Positions 1 to 10,951 of a stretch of DNA of 27,519 nt are shown here, in pieces. The position numbers and the translations under genes were made by a program. Position 1 is the first letter of the stretch. Each line of letters starts with the position of its first letter. Source of the DNA: Octopus sinensis (lineage: Eukaryota); the NCBI RefSeq assembly GCF_006345805.1, contig NW_021827572.1, positions 1 to 27,519 on the forward strand, read 5' to 3'. The notes beneath the pieces are model-generated. The model did no database searches and was not told the origin of the DNA. It saw nothing but the letters and a program-made list of their open reading frames with translations.

Positions 1-253
1 GTATCCATGTATGTGTGTATACGTGTATGTGGGTGGGTTAGTAGGCAGAACAAAGGTAAGTAATGAGAAACACACCTGTACACTCAATCCAACGATGGAG
101 AGGCCATAATGAAGAAATTATATTTTAAACTCAAATTCTTAACAAGCCGACACTAATACTCAATCTGAATATTTTCAGACGTGTGCGCGCGCCAACGTGT
201 ATATATAATATTGAGGTCTCTTTCTTTCTTTTGTTATCTTACCGTTTTTACCA

Positions 254-286
<33 letters not shown>

Positions 287-502
287 ATATCAATAATAAT
301 AAAAGGTAAAATTAATTAATAATAATGGAGATTTTATGGTAGAGAAATAGTTAGTTTTAACTGTTATTTCTAAATTCGGTTATGAGGTGATGAACAAATT
401 TTGCCGAACCTTATTACATATATATACTCATAATTATAAAAATTAGTATATATATGTATATGTATATATATATATATTATATATATATATATTATTATAT
501 AT

Positions 503-565
503 AACATTATTGGTGAATTGAAGAAATGGAGCGTTCAGCTCATTTCTTCAATTCACCATAATGTT
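503..565. repeat. Short foldback (about 30-bp arms, 5-nt loop)
   Basis: AACATTATTGGTGAATTGAAGAAAT(G)GAGC-gttca-GCTCATTTCTTCAATTCACCATAATGTT; the arms are complementary apart from two single-base bulges; it directly follows a TA microsatellite. Confidence 0.85.
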
Positions 566-715
566 TTAATTTCAATTATCCGCACCAACGCACGGTTGCA
601 ACACCATATGGTCTGTACCTCCAACCGTGCTGTTTACTGCTGTGATTTTTGCTACTAAGGTATCGGTTAAACTTTGATTAATCTACTCACAAGATTATTC
701 ATCTTTCTATTTCAC

Positions 716-940
716 ATTATTATATATATATATATAGATATATATATATATAATTATATATATATATATATAGTATATACATATATATGTATATTATATA
801 TATATAATTTATCTATATATATATTATATATACATATATTATATATGATATATATAATATGTTATATGTATACATATATATAGATAATATTATGTATATA
901 TATATTGCATATATGTATTATATTATATATATATATATAT
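716..940. repeat. Degenerate (TA)n microsatellite
   Basis: Interrupted TA dinucleotide tract. Similar tracts occur at about 255-290, 445-500, 3295-3360, 5790-5975, 16730-16870, 18585-18752, 25280-25457 and 27118-27230. Confidence 0.95.
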
Positions 941-953
941 GCCTGCAGGTATA

Positions 954-1300
954 GCTAAGGCTAGAAAGGGAGCAGCAGACTCCTTGCTCACAGTATACGT
1001 ACTCAGGCCATTTGTCGGAAGCCAGCTGGAAAAAAGTAGTACGGTACTATTGCTACGTATATTTTTGCTCAAAGATTTAGAATTAGTTGTTTTTCTCTTC
1101 ACGAGATCAGCGATTGTATGCCGCTTTAAAATTATATATTGTGAGCAAGAACATGTGGCTGCCATATCTGGCCGGTGATTGTCCTGTACCGAGGAAGAGA
1201 AATATCCCAGAAACCATTGGTCGCTAAGGCTAAAAAGGGAGTAATAAAACCCTTGCTCAACAGTATACGGACACAGACTTTCGGGAGCCAGCTGGAAAAG
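954..1300. repeat. Diverged ~80-bp direct repeat (954-1033 and 1223-1299), probably a retroelement terminal remnant
   Basis: Both copies share GCTAAGGCTA(G/A)AAAGGGAG...CCTTGCTCA(A)CAGTATACG...TCGG(A/G)AGCCAGCTGGAAAA. Confidence 0.8.
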
Positions 1301-1413
1301 ATGTTTTCTTGAGGCTAAAATGTAGTAACATCGTCCTGCATAGGACAACCACGTTGCGTTGGCAAATACACTTTTTATATATATATTATATATATATATA
1401 ATATATATATATA

Positions 1414-1454
<41 letters not shown>

Positions 1455-2156
1455 TGGTGTGTGTGTGTGTATATGTGTGAGTGTGTGTGTATGGTGTGTG
1501 TGTGTGCTAGCCTGGTTTTAAGTACAGAAACTAACATTTAGCGCACGTATGATTCTATAGTGTAGACTCAATTTTATTTTGAAGACCAAATTAAATGGCG
1601 TGAGCTTGAACACTTTTTTAATACACAAGCATATGATGAGGAATAGATTTGCCTTCATATACTATGGGTATATTGCAATGATAACACCAAGGGGTTTTAC
1701 ATCCCTATGCCAGAAATCGATCTACAGTTAACTCATTTTTAACTCTTATTTATTCATCTGTTCGCTTACAGCCTGTGCTAACGAAGTGTAGATCGGCTTT
1801 TTAGAGGCATTTGGCGTCTATTTCTAGCATGTTGGTGGGGTTTATCTGCACCCTTTAATATAATTATATTATATAATTATATATTAGTATAAATTGTTAC
1901 CTGCATAGTTTTATTGTACCACTTGATAAAATCCTTAAACTGGTTTTATGCTTAATTTTGTAAATATATGTTTATTTATGTGTGAATTATGTATGTATTA
2001 TGTATGCATGTATGTATGTATGCATGTATGTATGTATGTATGCATGTATGTATGTATGTATTTATGTACGTATATAGTGTACTGTTCCGTAATGATGTGA
2101 TAAAAAATAGTCCATCTGGAGAGAGATAAATATTATTTAATAAACAAAATATTTTA

Positions 2157-2219
2157 TTCATGTGCTACTATTAGTTTCATGTGCTGAGAGCATGCCAAAC
2201 AGTGTTTTTAACACGTCTG
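2157..2219 (-). mobile_element. Truncated copy of the 3' terminal (hammerhead) region of the Penelope-like element at 9.7 kb
   Basis: CTATTAGTTTCATGTGCTGAGAGCATGCCAAACAGTGTTTTTAACACGTCTG aligns to 9719-9770 CTATTAGTTTCATGCGATGATAGCATATCAAACAGTATTTTTAACACATCTG; it lacks the CUGAnGA half. Confidence 0.7.
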
Positions 2220-2264
2220 ATGTTAAAATCTCAAATTTTTCTTTTAATTTAATAGTTACTTATA

Positions 2265-2780
2265 CAGCGTAATTAGATTATCAATTTGACCGACACGTGT
2301 TTCTCTTGTAGAAAGTATGTAATCTAAAATTCAATTTGCAAGTGCGCTTTCCATATGAGCCTCTTAGAAATAAATATGACAGAATTCCATCAACGTAGTT
2401 AACTTTAATTTATTCTTGTTCAATCACTTTTAATATAAAGCCAAAATCTATCAGAACACTTAGATACATATTGATCTTATTTAATAATATATATACAATA
2501 CTTGATTTCGTCCTGGAACTAATTTCAACTTGAGATGAGCTACAAAATAAATTTTGTATCCATATCAGATTTTAATATATCTCGATCACTTTGCTTTGTT
2601 TTTTTAAACATAGTAGAATGATGAAATAATGAACGAATAAAGTCAGTTCGCTTCGAACCTACCTTGTAGAAAAACTGTAAATAAAGGTGCATAGCAGAAT
2701 ATGTTGGATTGCGTAGTCAACTGCGAATATTCTGAGCAGCAGAAACACGTGTCAGTCATTTGAACTAACTAATTATGCTG
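2265..2780. repeat. Inverted repeat (2265-2304 / 2741-2780) carrying a hammerhead 3'-half motif GAAACACGTGTC
   Basis: The reverse complement of 2265-2304 is AGAAACACGTGTCGGTCAAATTGATAATCTAATTACGCTG; 2741-2780 is AGAAACACGTGTCAGTCATTTGAACTAACTAATTATGCTG. Confidence 0.75.
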
Positions 2781-3044
2781 GTAAATTTTTTTTTTTTAAT
2801 GATTTAAAGAGGTACTAGTCTCCGTATTTTTTGTAATTATTCGGAATTTACATTCCCGAATATATTTATAATTCGTGGAAGCGAACCCGGATTTTTCTAT
2901 CAGTCGGATTGCTAATACCAAACGATTAGTGATGTTTATTACTACTAGGTATGGTTAGCTGATACATAGAATATACCTGAGAGCTATTATTGTACCCGCC
3001 TGGATAATTTATCCCTATATATTCATTACACACAGACAGAGCAT

Positions 3045-3158
3045 ATCATCATCATCATTGTTCGACCGTAGTCGAGACAATGGAATTTACTGTGTTACGC
3101 CAGACACCACGGTCCATCATAGCATTACAGAGGTCCTGTTCCTGGATGCCTGTATCCC
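3045..3158 (-). mobile_element. 3' end of a 5'-truncated non-LTR retrotransposon (RTE-like) with (GAT)n tail
   Basis: The minus strand encodes DTGIQEQDLCNAMMDRGVWRNTVNSIVSTTVEQ* (the DRxxW C-terminal motif of RTE-type ORF2), includes a small terminal stem-loop and ends in TGATGATGATGAT. Confidence 0.7.
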
Positions 3159-3305
3159 ATATATATATATATAAAGGGTAAAATCATAAATGATTTTTCC
3201 AAGTGGTCAGCACAGAAATAAAACTTCATAGGTAAATTTTATAAATATTTTATAATTATCTACATAATTAAAAGAAGCCCTTGTTATAATTATGTATATA
3301 AATAT

Positions 3306-3364
<59 letters not shown>

Positions 3365-3662
3365 GTTTTAATAAGGGATATTAATCCGCGCGAAATAATT
3401 CTTAACGTCTCTGTAGAGAAAAATATTCCAACGTTTAGTGGGGGTTGGGGCGTTTTCTATATTTTCAGTCGATCAATAACAATTATCGTAATGCACCCAA
3501 ATGCGTATCTGAAAAAACGCTGTAAGACTATATAAATAAATAAAAGATGTATATATCCCCTTATTTCTGTCTATGTATATATATATATAATATATATAAT
3601 AATATATATATATATATATTAAAACACACTTATGCACAAATATATATATAATAATATATATG

Positions 3663-3714
<52 letters not shown>

Positions 3715-3829
3715 CACACGCACACACACACACACAAACAAAACGTATGTGTGCCGAAATTACCTTCATATCCGATTGTTAGCGGATGAGGGAAATTTTT
3801 AATATATTTTCATCCCACACTAATAATTA

Positions 3830-4170
3830 CCGTATTTGATGGCCTATAAGACATCTTTTTTTTACCCCAAAATTGCTTTAAAACACCCCCTTGCATCCAG
3901 TACACTGAATGTAGGCTCAAAACGTGTTCAGTACGGTATGTATGTTTACAAAGCGTGTGCTGCCATCTATTGGTGAACAATTGCCCACGGTATGTTTATA
4001 TCGAATGTGGATGCAATAAATTACTTATAATTACCAGTAATAACATAAAGTTATACAGGTAAGTGGAGGAATTAAAACGTTATTTCAGTGGTAATTTATT
4101 TTACGAAAGTATAGCTTAGGCTAGGGTGCGTCCTATGCACCCCTAGCGTCTTATAGGCCATCAAATACGG
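3830..4170. mobile_element. 341-bp MITE, Tc1/mariner-pogo superfamily (CCGTA-type TIR)
   Basis: Perfect 23-bp TIRs CCGTATTTGATGGCCTATAAGAC (3830-3852; reverse complement at 4148-4170); TA on the left and CA (mutated TA) on the right; no ORF. Confidence 0.9.
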
Positions 4171-4753
4171 CATATCCGTTGTTACTGCTTGTGCAATTTG
4201 TTTTACCAACCAACGATTGCACACGTTTCCTTAATACAATATGTCAAAGAGATAGATACAACTTTTCTATAGAATTATACAGTTTTGCAAAGTTCGCATT
4301 AGTTTCATGAACGCGGAATATCATTAGATAGATAGATTGATTGATAGAGAGGCAGACAGATTAAAATATTGCAGTATATACACATACATAAATCTAAACA
4401 TACATTCACACGCATATGCATATATGAAGGTAAATATGTATGCATATGGAGATGGATACATATATACACACACATATAGGTTATGAATCAGGCACAGCAG
4501 ACAAGGCATGTACAGATACACACACATTCTCACACATCAACACACACACACACATGTGCTTAATATGTGAGCGTAAAAGTTTGAGCATTGTCTATGTGTT
4601 TGTATTGGCTATAAATAGCGGATAATTTAAATGCATAATATCCTGTTTTTAATTACCATAATTAAGTCGCCAACGAATGTCATTATTTATAGAATTTATG
4701 ATAGAATATAAAGAAAATAGTTTATATCAGTGGTTTTTTTTTTAACATTCCAG

Positions 4754-4815
4754 AAATAATGTCTTCACTGGAACCAATCTTAGAATGATTGAAATTCCTC
4801 AGAGTCTGCCACTGG
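4754..4815 (+). CDS. Candidate isolated internal coding exon of an unknown host gene
   Basis: Strong acceptor (T-run...AACATTCCAG) and donor GG|GTATGG; only one open frame, NNVFTGTNLRMIEIPQSLPL(G), phase 2 in and phase 1 out; sits in unique sequence. No partner exon is securely identified. Confidence 0.3.
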
Positions 4816-5557
4816 GTATGGTCAATGCTGAAAATAAGCAAAAAATACCGAACAAATGTTCCAAACTCCACCATTTTGTTGTTTAACAATCAGCCATTAT
4901 GTATGTTAGTCAAATATATCTTTGTAATTTTTCAATGCTGTAGTTATATATATATTTTATAGATAAACACATTGCTTGATTTTGGGCCATTATGTTTTTG
5001 TGTGTGTGTGCGTGTGTGCATGCGTGTTTGTGTGTGTGTGTGTGTGAGTGAGTTTGTATATACTTTTATTTTGTGCGTGTTCGTGTATAAACGGGGTGAG
5101 TTTGAAAACATAAGCAAATACACGGCGTCCATCGTCCACAAAGAACTCGTTTCTCAAAAGAACGTAACTATTGGAAACGTGCCACCGAGCGAGAAATACG
5201 AGCCAATTATCCCTCAAATTTATAATTTATCGTCTGGGGAAAGTAAACGACACATTGAATAATGTACTCTTAATTACCTCAAAGAGGATAGGGTTGGGCA
5301 TGGCTGGAACAGACTTGATCAGCCTGCTCATGCGTGGGCTGCGATTAAGCAACGCGAAACACAAAATTTTACCATCAATGACTCTCAAACGGGTAACTCT
5401 GCTTTGGATACCTTTTCTTTCCGAAACTTTTACGTTTCAAAGGCGTAAACGAAAAACATAAAATGCAAAACCAGCCTCCATCTTGTAAACACCAATAAAT
5501 CCATCTTTTGGAGAAGTGTCTACTTTTAAAGCGGTGATGTATGTATGCGTTGGTTGG

Positions 5558-5745
5558 CTTGTTTCAGCCATTAGACTCTGGCCATGTTGGGGCACTACCT
5601 TGAAGGGTGTGGTCGAACGAGTCAAGCTCAGTAATTGTTTTAAGCCTAGTATTTATACTGCCGGTCTGTTTTTGCTGACCCGCTAAGGTACGGGACGCAA
5701 ACAAACGAACACCGGTTGTCAAGGGGTGGGGATCAAACACAAACG
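5558..5745 (-). mobile_element. SINE family A, diverged 3' half
   Basis: Reverse complement matches the 3' half of the 12461 SINE (CTTGACAACCG...CTTAGCG...CAGCATGGCC...GCTGAAAC). Confidence 0.8.
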
Positions 5746-5976
5746 CAGAGCCACATTCACGCACACACACACACACACACATACACGCATATATATATAT
5801 ATAGTATATATATATATATATATAATATATTATATGTTTATATATATATATATATATAATATATATATATATATATAATATATATATATATGGATATATA
5901 TATATACATATTATATACATATATATACATATATATATACGCATATATACATATATGTATACATACACAAATATAT

Positions 5977-6365
5977 ATCTTTTACTCTTTTATTCTTTTA
6001 CTTGTTTCTGTCATTTGACTTCGGCCATGCTGGAGCACCGCCTTTAGTCGAAGAAATCGACCCCAGGTCTTATTCTTTGCAAGCCTAGTACTTATTCTGT
6101 CGGTCTCTTTTGCCGAACCGCTAAGTTACGGAGACGTAAACACACCGGTTGTCAAGCAAAGTTGGGGGACAAACACAGACACATAAACATATACACACAC
6201 ATACATATATACGACGAGATTCTTTCAGTTTCCGTCTACCAGATCCACTCACAAGGCTTTGGTCGGCCCGAAGCAATAGTAGAAAACGGTTGCCCAAGGT
6301 GCCACGCTGTGGGACTGAACCCAGAACCATGTGGTTGGTAAGCAAGCTACTTACCACACAGCCAC
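5977..6365 (-). mobile_element. SINE family A (octopus tRNA-derived SINE), near full length
   Basis: Minus strand starts GTGGCTGTGTGGTAAG (A box)...GGTTCAGTCCC (B box), has an internal TA/TG tract and ends in a GAGTAAAA-type tail; colinear with 12461-12856 and 25048-25613. Confidence 0.92.
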
Positions 6366-6639
6366 AAGCGACACCAGAAGCATTAATACCGAAAGTTTAT
6401 ATCTCATCCCCAATTAAAAGCCGACGTTCTTTTAGAGCAAACAATAGTTACCCTGAGTGAAACTCTTGTATTGGCTGTCGGTGCAAAGAACCAGCAATGC
6501 ATGTGCACGAGGTTATTGCATCCGCGCTTGGCTCCACCCTGGTTTTTCGTCCGCGGCTTCCATGCATGCCACGACGCCCTCCTGGTCGTTGAGACATCAA
6601 AATGTCACATAACAGGTAATTGCACAACAACATTTTTTA

Positions 6640-6920
6640 TATTCAGTAAGGCTTGCACAACATCTCACAGGCCCTCAGCACGCTACTGACATGATCCAGA
6701 GATAAGGCACAGTATAACATTGAGTGCTAATACGGGTCGCATGTTCAAGTATGTTTGAGGGCCATTATCTCAAGTGTAAACATTCCCTACATATCTGGTT
6801 TTATATAAGAGGGATATTCACCTGGATATATACTTTCACAAAAAATCTGAGAGGTGCCTCACTCCCAGTTGTCATCCAGCATTCTGGATATCAAGCTGGA
6901 GTTTCTGAGGATCTGTGCAA
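6640..6920 (+). pseudogene. Possible heavily decayed R2/NeSL-type reverse transcriptase thumb fragment
   Basis: With frameshifts it reads LHNISQA..PQHATDMIQR..H*VLIRVA..KHSLHIWFYI..DIHLDIYFHKK..SQLSSSILDIKL, echoing the R2 pattern L.NI.RAPLKPQQR...H.LVL....WL.LP.D.P..YFH....GGLG.P.L. Alignment by eye only. Confidence 0.3.
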
Positions 6921-7062
6921 TTGTTAGATACACTATACTAGGTTCATTCGTTTATAACCCTACTACGATTCTAGCCCCCACTCCTCACAAGGAGGTAACT
7001 GTTCAGTCACCGACCATTCCACATTACCAGACAGTAGTAGACATCACAAATGACCTGAAATG

Positions 7063-7079
7063 TGTACGTACGTACGTAC

Positions 7080-7110
<31 letters not shown>

Positions 7111-7322
7111 TGCCATTATTCAGTTTATTTCAAGATTTCTTGCCAATAGAGAAAGAACCGGGTTCTAAACTAGATCCAAGGTTCCTTCACTGGAGTTTCA
7201 TCACCAACAACAGGGTAATTTTGTATGTACGTATGTATGTCTGTATGTATGCATGTATGTATGTATGTATGTATGTATGTAGTGTGTAGATAGATAGATA
7301 GACAGAGAGAGAGAGAGAGAGC

Positions 7323-7398
<76 letters not shown>

Positions 7399-7411
7399 CA
7401 TAGATAGATAT

Positions 7412-7505
<94 letters not shown>
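7063..7505. repeat. Compound microsatellite (TATG)n / (GA)n / (GATA)n with a ~110-bp unique insert
   Basis: (TATG)n at 7081-7112 and 7222-7280; (GATA)n at about 7287-7505. Confidence 0.95.
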
Positions 7506-8549
7506 TGCGTACATAGAGGCAGAAAAAACATTACAACTATAAATGATACCCGAAGGAATTATGTGATACATATAACAAATACCATTAAAGGCCGGTGATC
7601 TATGCATTTACATGCATTCAGATAAAGAATTGTACATTGTAGGCAAAGTAAGGAATTAGTAAAATCGTAAATATCCCTGTAAACTACAACAACCGCTTAC
7701 ATTTATGAGGATCACTATTGCACATTGAACTGATGGAGTGAAAGGATCCAAGTCACGTAATAGTTTCTACTGTAGCTGAACTGCATATAAATTTTGAGGT
7801 GTTTGCTAGTGGTAAACACTAGACGAGATTATTTTTAAAAAATTGAAATTGGTCAGAGCTTCGAACAGAATAGACATCTAATGATAGAACAGTGGGGAAT
7901 ATTTCTGTGAAAGCACAGCAAAAACTCCACTGGCGGAACATCAAAACAAAGTAATGAGTTCACTAACACAAAGAACAGAATGACAGTTTAGAGACAACAG
8001 ATAAAAAAAAAACTATCTTTATCGATATGAGATATAAAATAACAATTTATGAAGCAAATGGAGTGACAACTTTTGCAAATCAGAAAATAAAAGATGTGAT
8101 AGACAGATACTGAAAATGGATAAGCGATAAACAAATAAACAACTCTAGCTTAACAGGACACAGTTTAGCACAACACTATGTGTTAATCGGTGTCAGAAAG
8201 GCGACTGAATTGGCTAATGGAAATCGATAAAGAGATAAGCAATTTTATAAAAATTTAGTGAGAATAATAATATCTGCAAAACTGTATTCATGTGTAACAA
8301 TACAACAATACAAACTTATGTAAACTAGAAGGACGAAGACATTGGCAAATGAAACGACAACAACCATAGAAAAAAGTCTATATAAAACAACACTAGAAAG
8401 CGTCAATAATAATAAGTTAGGCGTAGACAATAGTTAAAGTGCACTTTAACGCATACAATCTGAACCGAAGTACCGAAAGGAGTTAGCTCGTGGCTGACGA
8501 TGGCAAAGACCTGAAAATTACGTTGCGATAAAAAGAATGCAGTCTTCAA

Positions 8550-8586
<37 letters not shown>

Positions 8587-8589
8587 ATA

Positions 8590-8829
8590 TATTATATTAT
8601 ATTAGAGATAAAACCACTATTAGGCAAATCAAACAATGAAAAACTCGAATTATTACGAATTGGACAGCCATGAAACGATCGTAGTGTTTTACTCATTATC
8701 TTTTATTAAACTTTTAATAATTTTGATATATATTTAAAATAATATAAATTAATTAATTTTATGTATTGGCTTAAGTTTTTAATTGTTTGATTTGCCTAAT
8801 AGTGGTTTTATCTCTAATTTAATATAATA
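8590..8829. repeat. Inverted repeat with ~56-bp arms (8590-8645 / 8774-8829) and a hammerhead 3'-half in the spacer
   Basis: The 45-bp core ATTAGAGATAAAACCACTATTAGGCAAATCAAACAATGAAAAACT matches its reverse complement at 8774-8818 with one mismatch; the spacer contains TGG-ACAG-CCA-T-GAAA-CGATCG-TA (8661-8683). Confidence 0.85.
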
Positions 8830-9047
8830 TAATATTTTACTATAAAATTGGATTCAATCCTAAATCTGATCTTTCCCTGTAAGTTTGGATTTATTCCCTA
8901 ATATTTTATCATTAATATATATATATATTAGAAGGTTTGGAGGCGATGTACAGGTATTATATATTAGAAGAAATGAGGTACTCAGAAATCTGGATGGTTT
9001 TATATTTAGAGATATTTATTAATATGTCACATGCTTTTATAAATCAT

Positions 9048-9089
9048 ATATTAGCGCTTGCGTCCACTCTAGTGGAATCGTCAGATTGA
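9048..9089 (-). ncRNA. Degenerate minimal type I hammerhead ribozyme
   Basis: Minus strand CUGACGA-U-UCCAC(UAGA)GUGGA-C-GCAA-GCGC-UA. The 5' core, a 5-bp stem II and a palindromic stem III (AGCGCU) are present; GAAA is mutated to GCAA and stem I is weak. Confidence 0.6.
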
Positions 9090-9359
9090 ACTTTTTCATA
9101 AATTTTGTCTCTTTTTATTGTATTGTTGAGTGTGTAGGGGTGGAGAGAGATATAAGATAGTACAAGAGGGTGAGGAATGGGGAGAAAGTGAGAGAGAGCG
9201 TGTGTGTGTGTGTTTGTGTGTGTGCTTTTGTATCTGATACAAAAGCACACATACTCACACACATACACACATGCGCGAGCTAAGAGCATTAGATTCCTTG
9301 GAAGAAAGCATCGAATGTATACGAAAACAAGGAGAGAAAAACAGACGATGTTACACAAA

Positions 9360-9465
9360 TATAAATACAAAATATAATAAATATAATAAAAATAAAATAA
9401 AAATAAAATAAAAATAAAATAAAAATAATAATAATAATAATAATAATAATATAATAATAATAATA

Positions 9466-9503
<38 letters not shown>
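9360..9503. repeat. (AAAAT)n grading into (AAT)n
   Basis: Direct inspection. Confidence 0.95.
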
Positions 9504-9506
<3 letters not shown>

Positions 9507-9626
9507 GGATATAACAACAGGTGTCTTTCGACTGGCAACGAATTTTTTGCATTGTCTATCTGGATGTTTTGTTGTTCCTTTTTGTATCACCTGGTTGTCC
9601 GGATGTTTTGCGTTCTTGTCCTATTT

Positions 9627-9663
<37 letters not shown>

Positions 9664-9682
9664 GTGTGTGTGTGTATGTGTG

Positions 9683-10872
9683 TTATCTAATAGACACAAT
9701 ATAGGTTTTTCATTACTGCTATTAGTTTCATGCGATGATAGCATATCAAACAGTATTTTTAACACATCTGGTACCCTAGTGCATTCTTCAGGCAAAGTTC
9801 ATTTGGAATAACAATCTAAAAATAGGAAGAAAGGAGGAGAAAAAACGAGAAAAAGCGAGAAAGATGTAGATATAAATGGTGAAAGGTTGAAAACCAGAAA
9901 AGGAAAAAGAAAACAGAAGGAAACAAAAAGATGAATGAGTGTTATGCCCCCTTAGACAGTAAGATATAAGGCTAAAAAGATAGTGACATAGAGTCTACGG
10001 TACAATTGCTCAACCCGGAGAGGGTGGTACTTTGCAATTCACCAACAGGAACTTAACCGTATGTTTACAACCGCTGAAAATTTCGGATCTATAAATCAGA
10101 AGTTCTTAAATCTGAAAAGGAATGAGTTCTTTGAGCTACACATAACTCACATTTTTTTATTCATTGACATATGGTGTGAAGTTTTCGATTATATTCCACT
10201 TTGTCATGTGTAATGTGGCGTTAGACTTCAAACCCCATATGTGGCTAGCCAACTTACTAGCTTTACTTTTGTCCCTGTTTCGGAAGAAAGCTATATGGTT
10301 AGCATAGCAATTTTTGAAGTTGCCTCCATCGGTTGTGCCTTCTTATCGGTTTGTGTTATCTTTTAGCGTTGATGTAACGTCTGCCTCATATATGACGGAT
10401 TTAATCATACATCCCTGGTCGAGTGGGCAGATTCCTGGGTCTCGACAGTTACAACTGGGAGTGGGCTCTTGGTGTTGTTCTCCTCTAATAATGCTTTTCA
10501 TTCTGGGGCAGCAGCTATGTGATAATTTCACTGAGCGCCTGTTAAATATTTTCCTGTTCCTATAATTTTTTGGAAAATGTTTGTCTAGGAGAGACATGAA
10601 TCTTTTTACTTATGTCAGTTTTTAGATTAAGGGATAACTAGTGGGTGGGGGAACCAACCAAATTATTTTTCTAGATCTATTTTTAGGTCTACATTTATTA
10701 TTTCCCTTATTATTAGAAGGGTTATAGATAAATTTATCCTTAAAGCCACTATTGGCTAGGTTATTCTTGTATTAGGGGGTTGCCTTCTCGAAAATTTCTT
10801 CAGAGGAAGAGGTTAGATACTCTTTTAATAATGTTAGCTAACAGATTTTTAAATACTACAGGGGTGGTTCGC
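9683..10872 (-). mobile_element. Penelope-like retroelement (Naiad-type), 5'-truncated and frameshifted: RT thumb, Cys linker, GIY-YIG endonuclease, 3' UTR with hammerhead
   Basis: Minus-strand translation [28 protein letters not shown]...SGFKDKFIY...RSRKIIW...LLDKHFPK...KIFNRRSVKLSHSC...CNCRDPGICPLDQGC..KSVIYEADV...FKNCYANH..F...LASHIWGLK...CELC...GCKHTVKFLL...PPSPG*. This gives a CxCx5Cx5C linker, a VIY (GIY) motif and a terminal CxxC/CxH. Confidence 0.9.
9716..9795 (-). ncRNA. Type I hammerhead ribozyme with a long loop II, in the PLE 3' UTR
   Basis: Minus strand UUGC-CUGAAGA-AUGC-[47 nt]-GCAU-GAAA-CUA-AUA-GCAG; stem I UUGC/GCAG, stem II AUGC/GCAU, minimal stem III, cleavage triplet AUA. 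Confidence 0.7.
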
Positions 10873-10951
10873 CCCTCCATTTTCCCGTAATGTAAAGACG
10901 AAAATAGATAAAAGATTCCTGTCTCTCATAGACAAACATTTTCCAAAAAAT
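10865..10951 (+). mobile_element. Inverted fragment of the same or a related Penelope-like ORF
   Basis: Encodes [29 protein letters not shown], homologous to the minus-strand segment at about 10566-10655. Confidence 0.85.

Noticed and set aside
1750-1840. Good splice acceptor (TTCGCTTACAG) near 1771
   Set aside because: All three frames hit stops within about 35 nt and there is no convincing donor.
3783-3820. CGGATGA followed by an AT-rich hairpin
   Set aside because: The core is mutated and no GAAA-NUH half follows; unsupported.
5085-5262. Protein-like stretch YKRGEFENISKY...RHIE
   Set aside because: No recognisable domain, start or acceptor; its length is within chance expectation.
8494-8525. 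CTGACGA...GAAA hammerhead-like spacing
   Set aside because: Stem II has only 2 bp and stems I and III cannot form.
9900-10015. SECIS element after the PLE TGA
   Set aside because: No RUGA...AA...GA kink-turn hairpin could be identified by eye; needs SECISearch.
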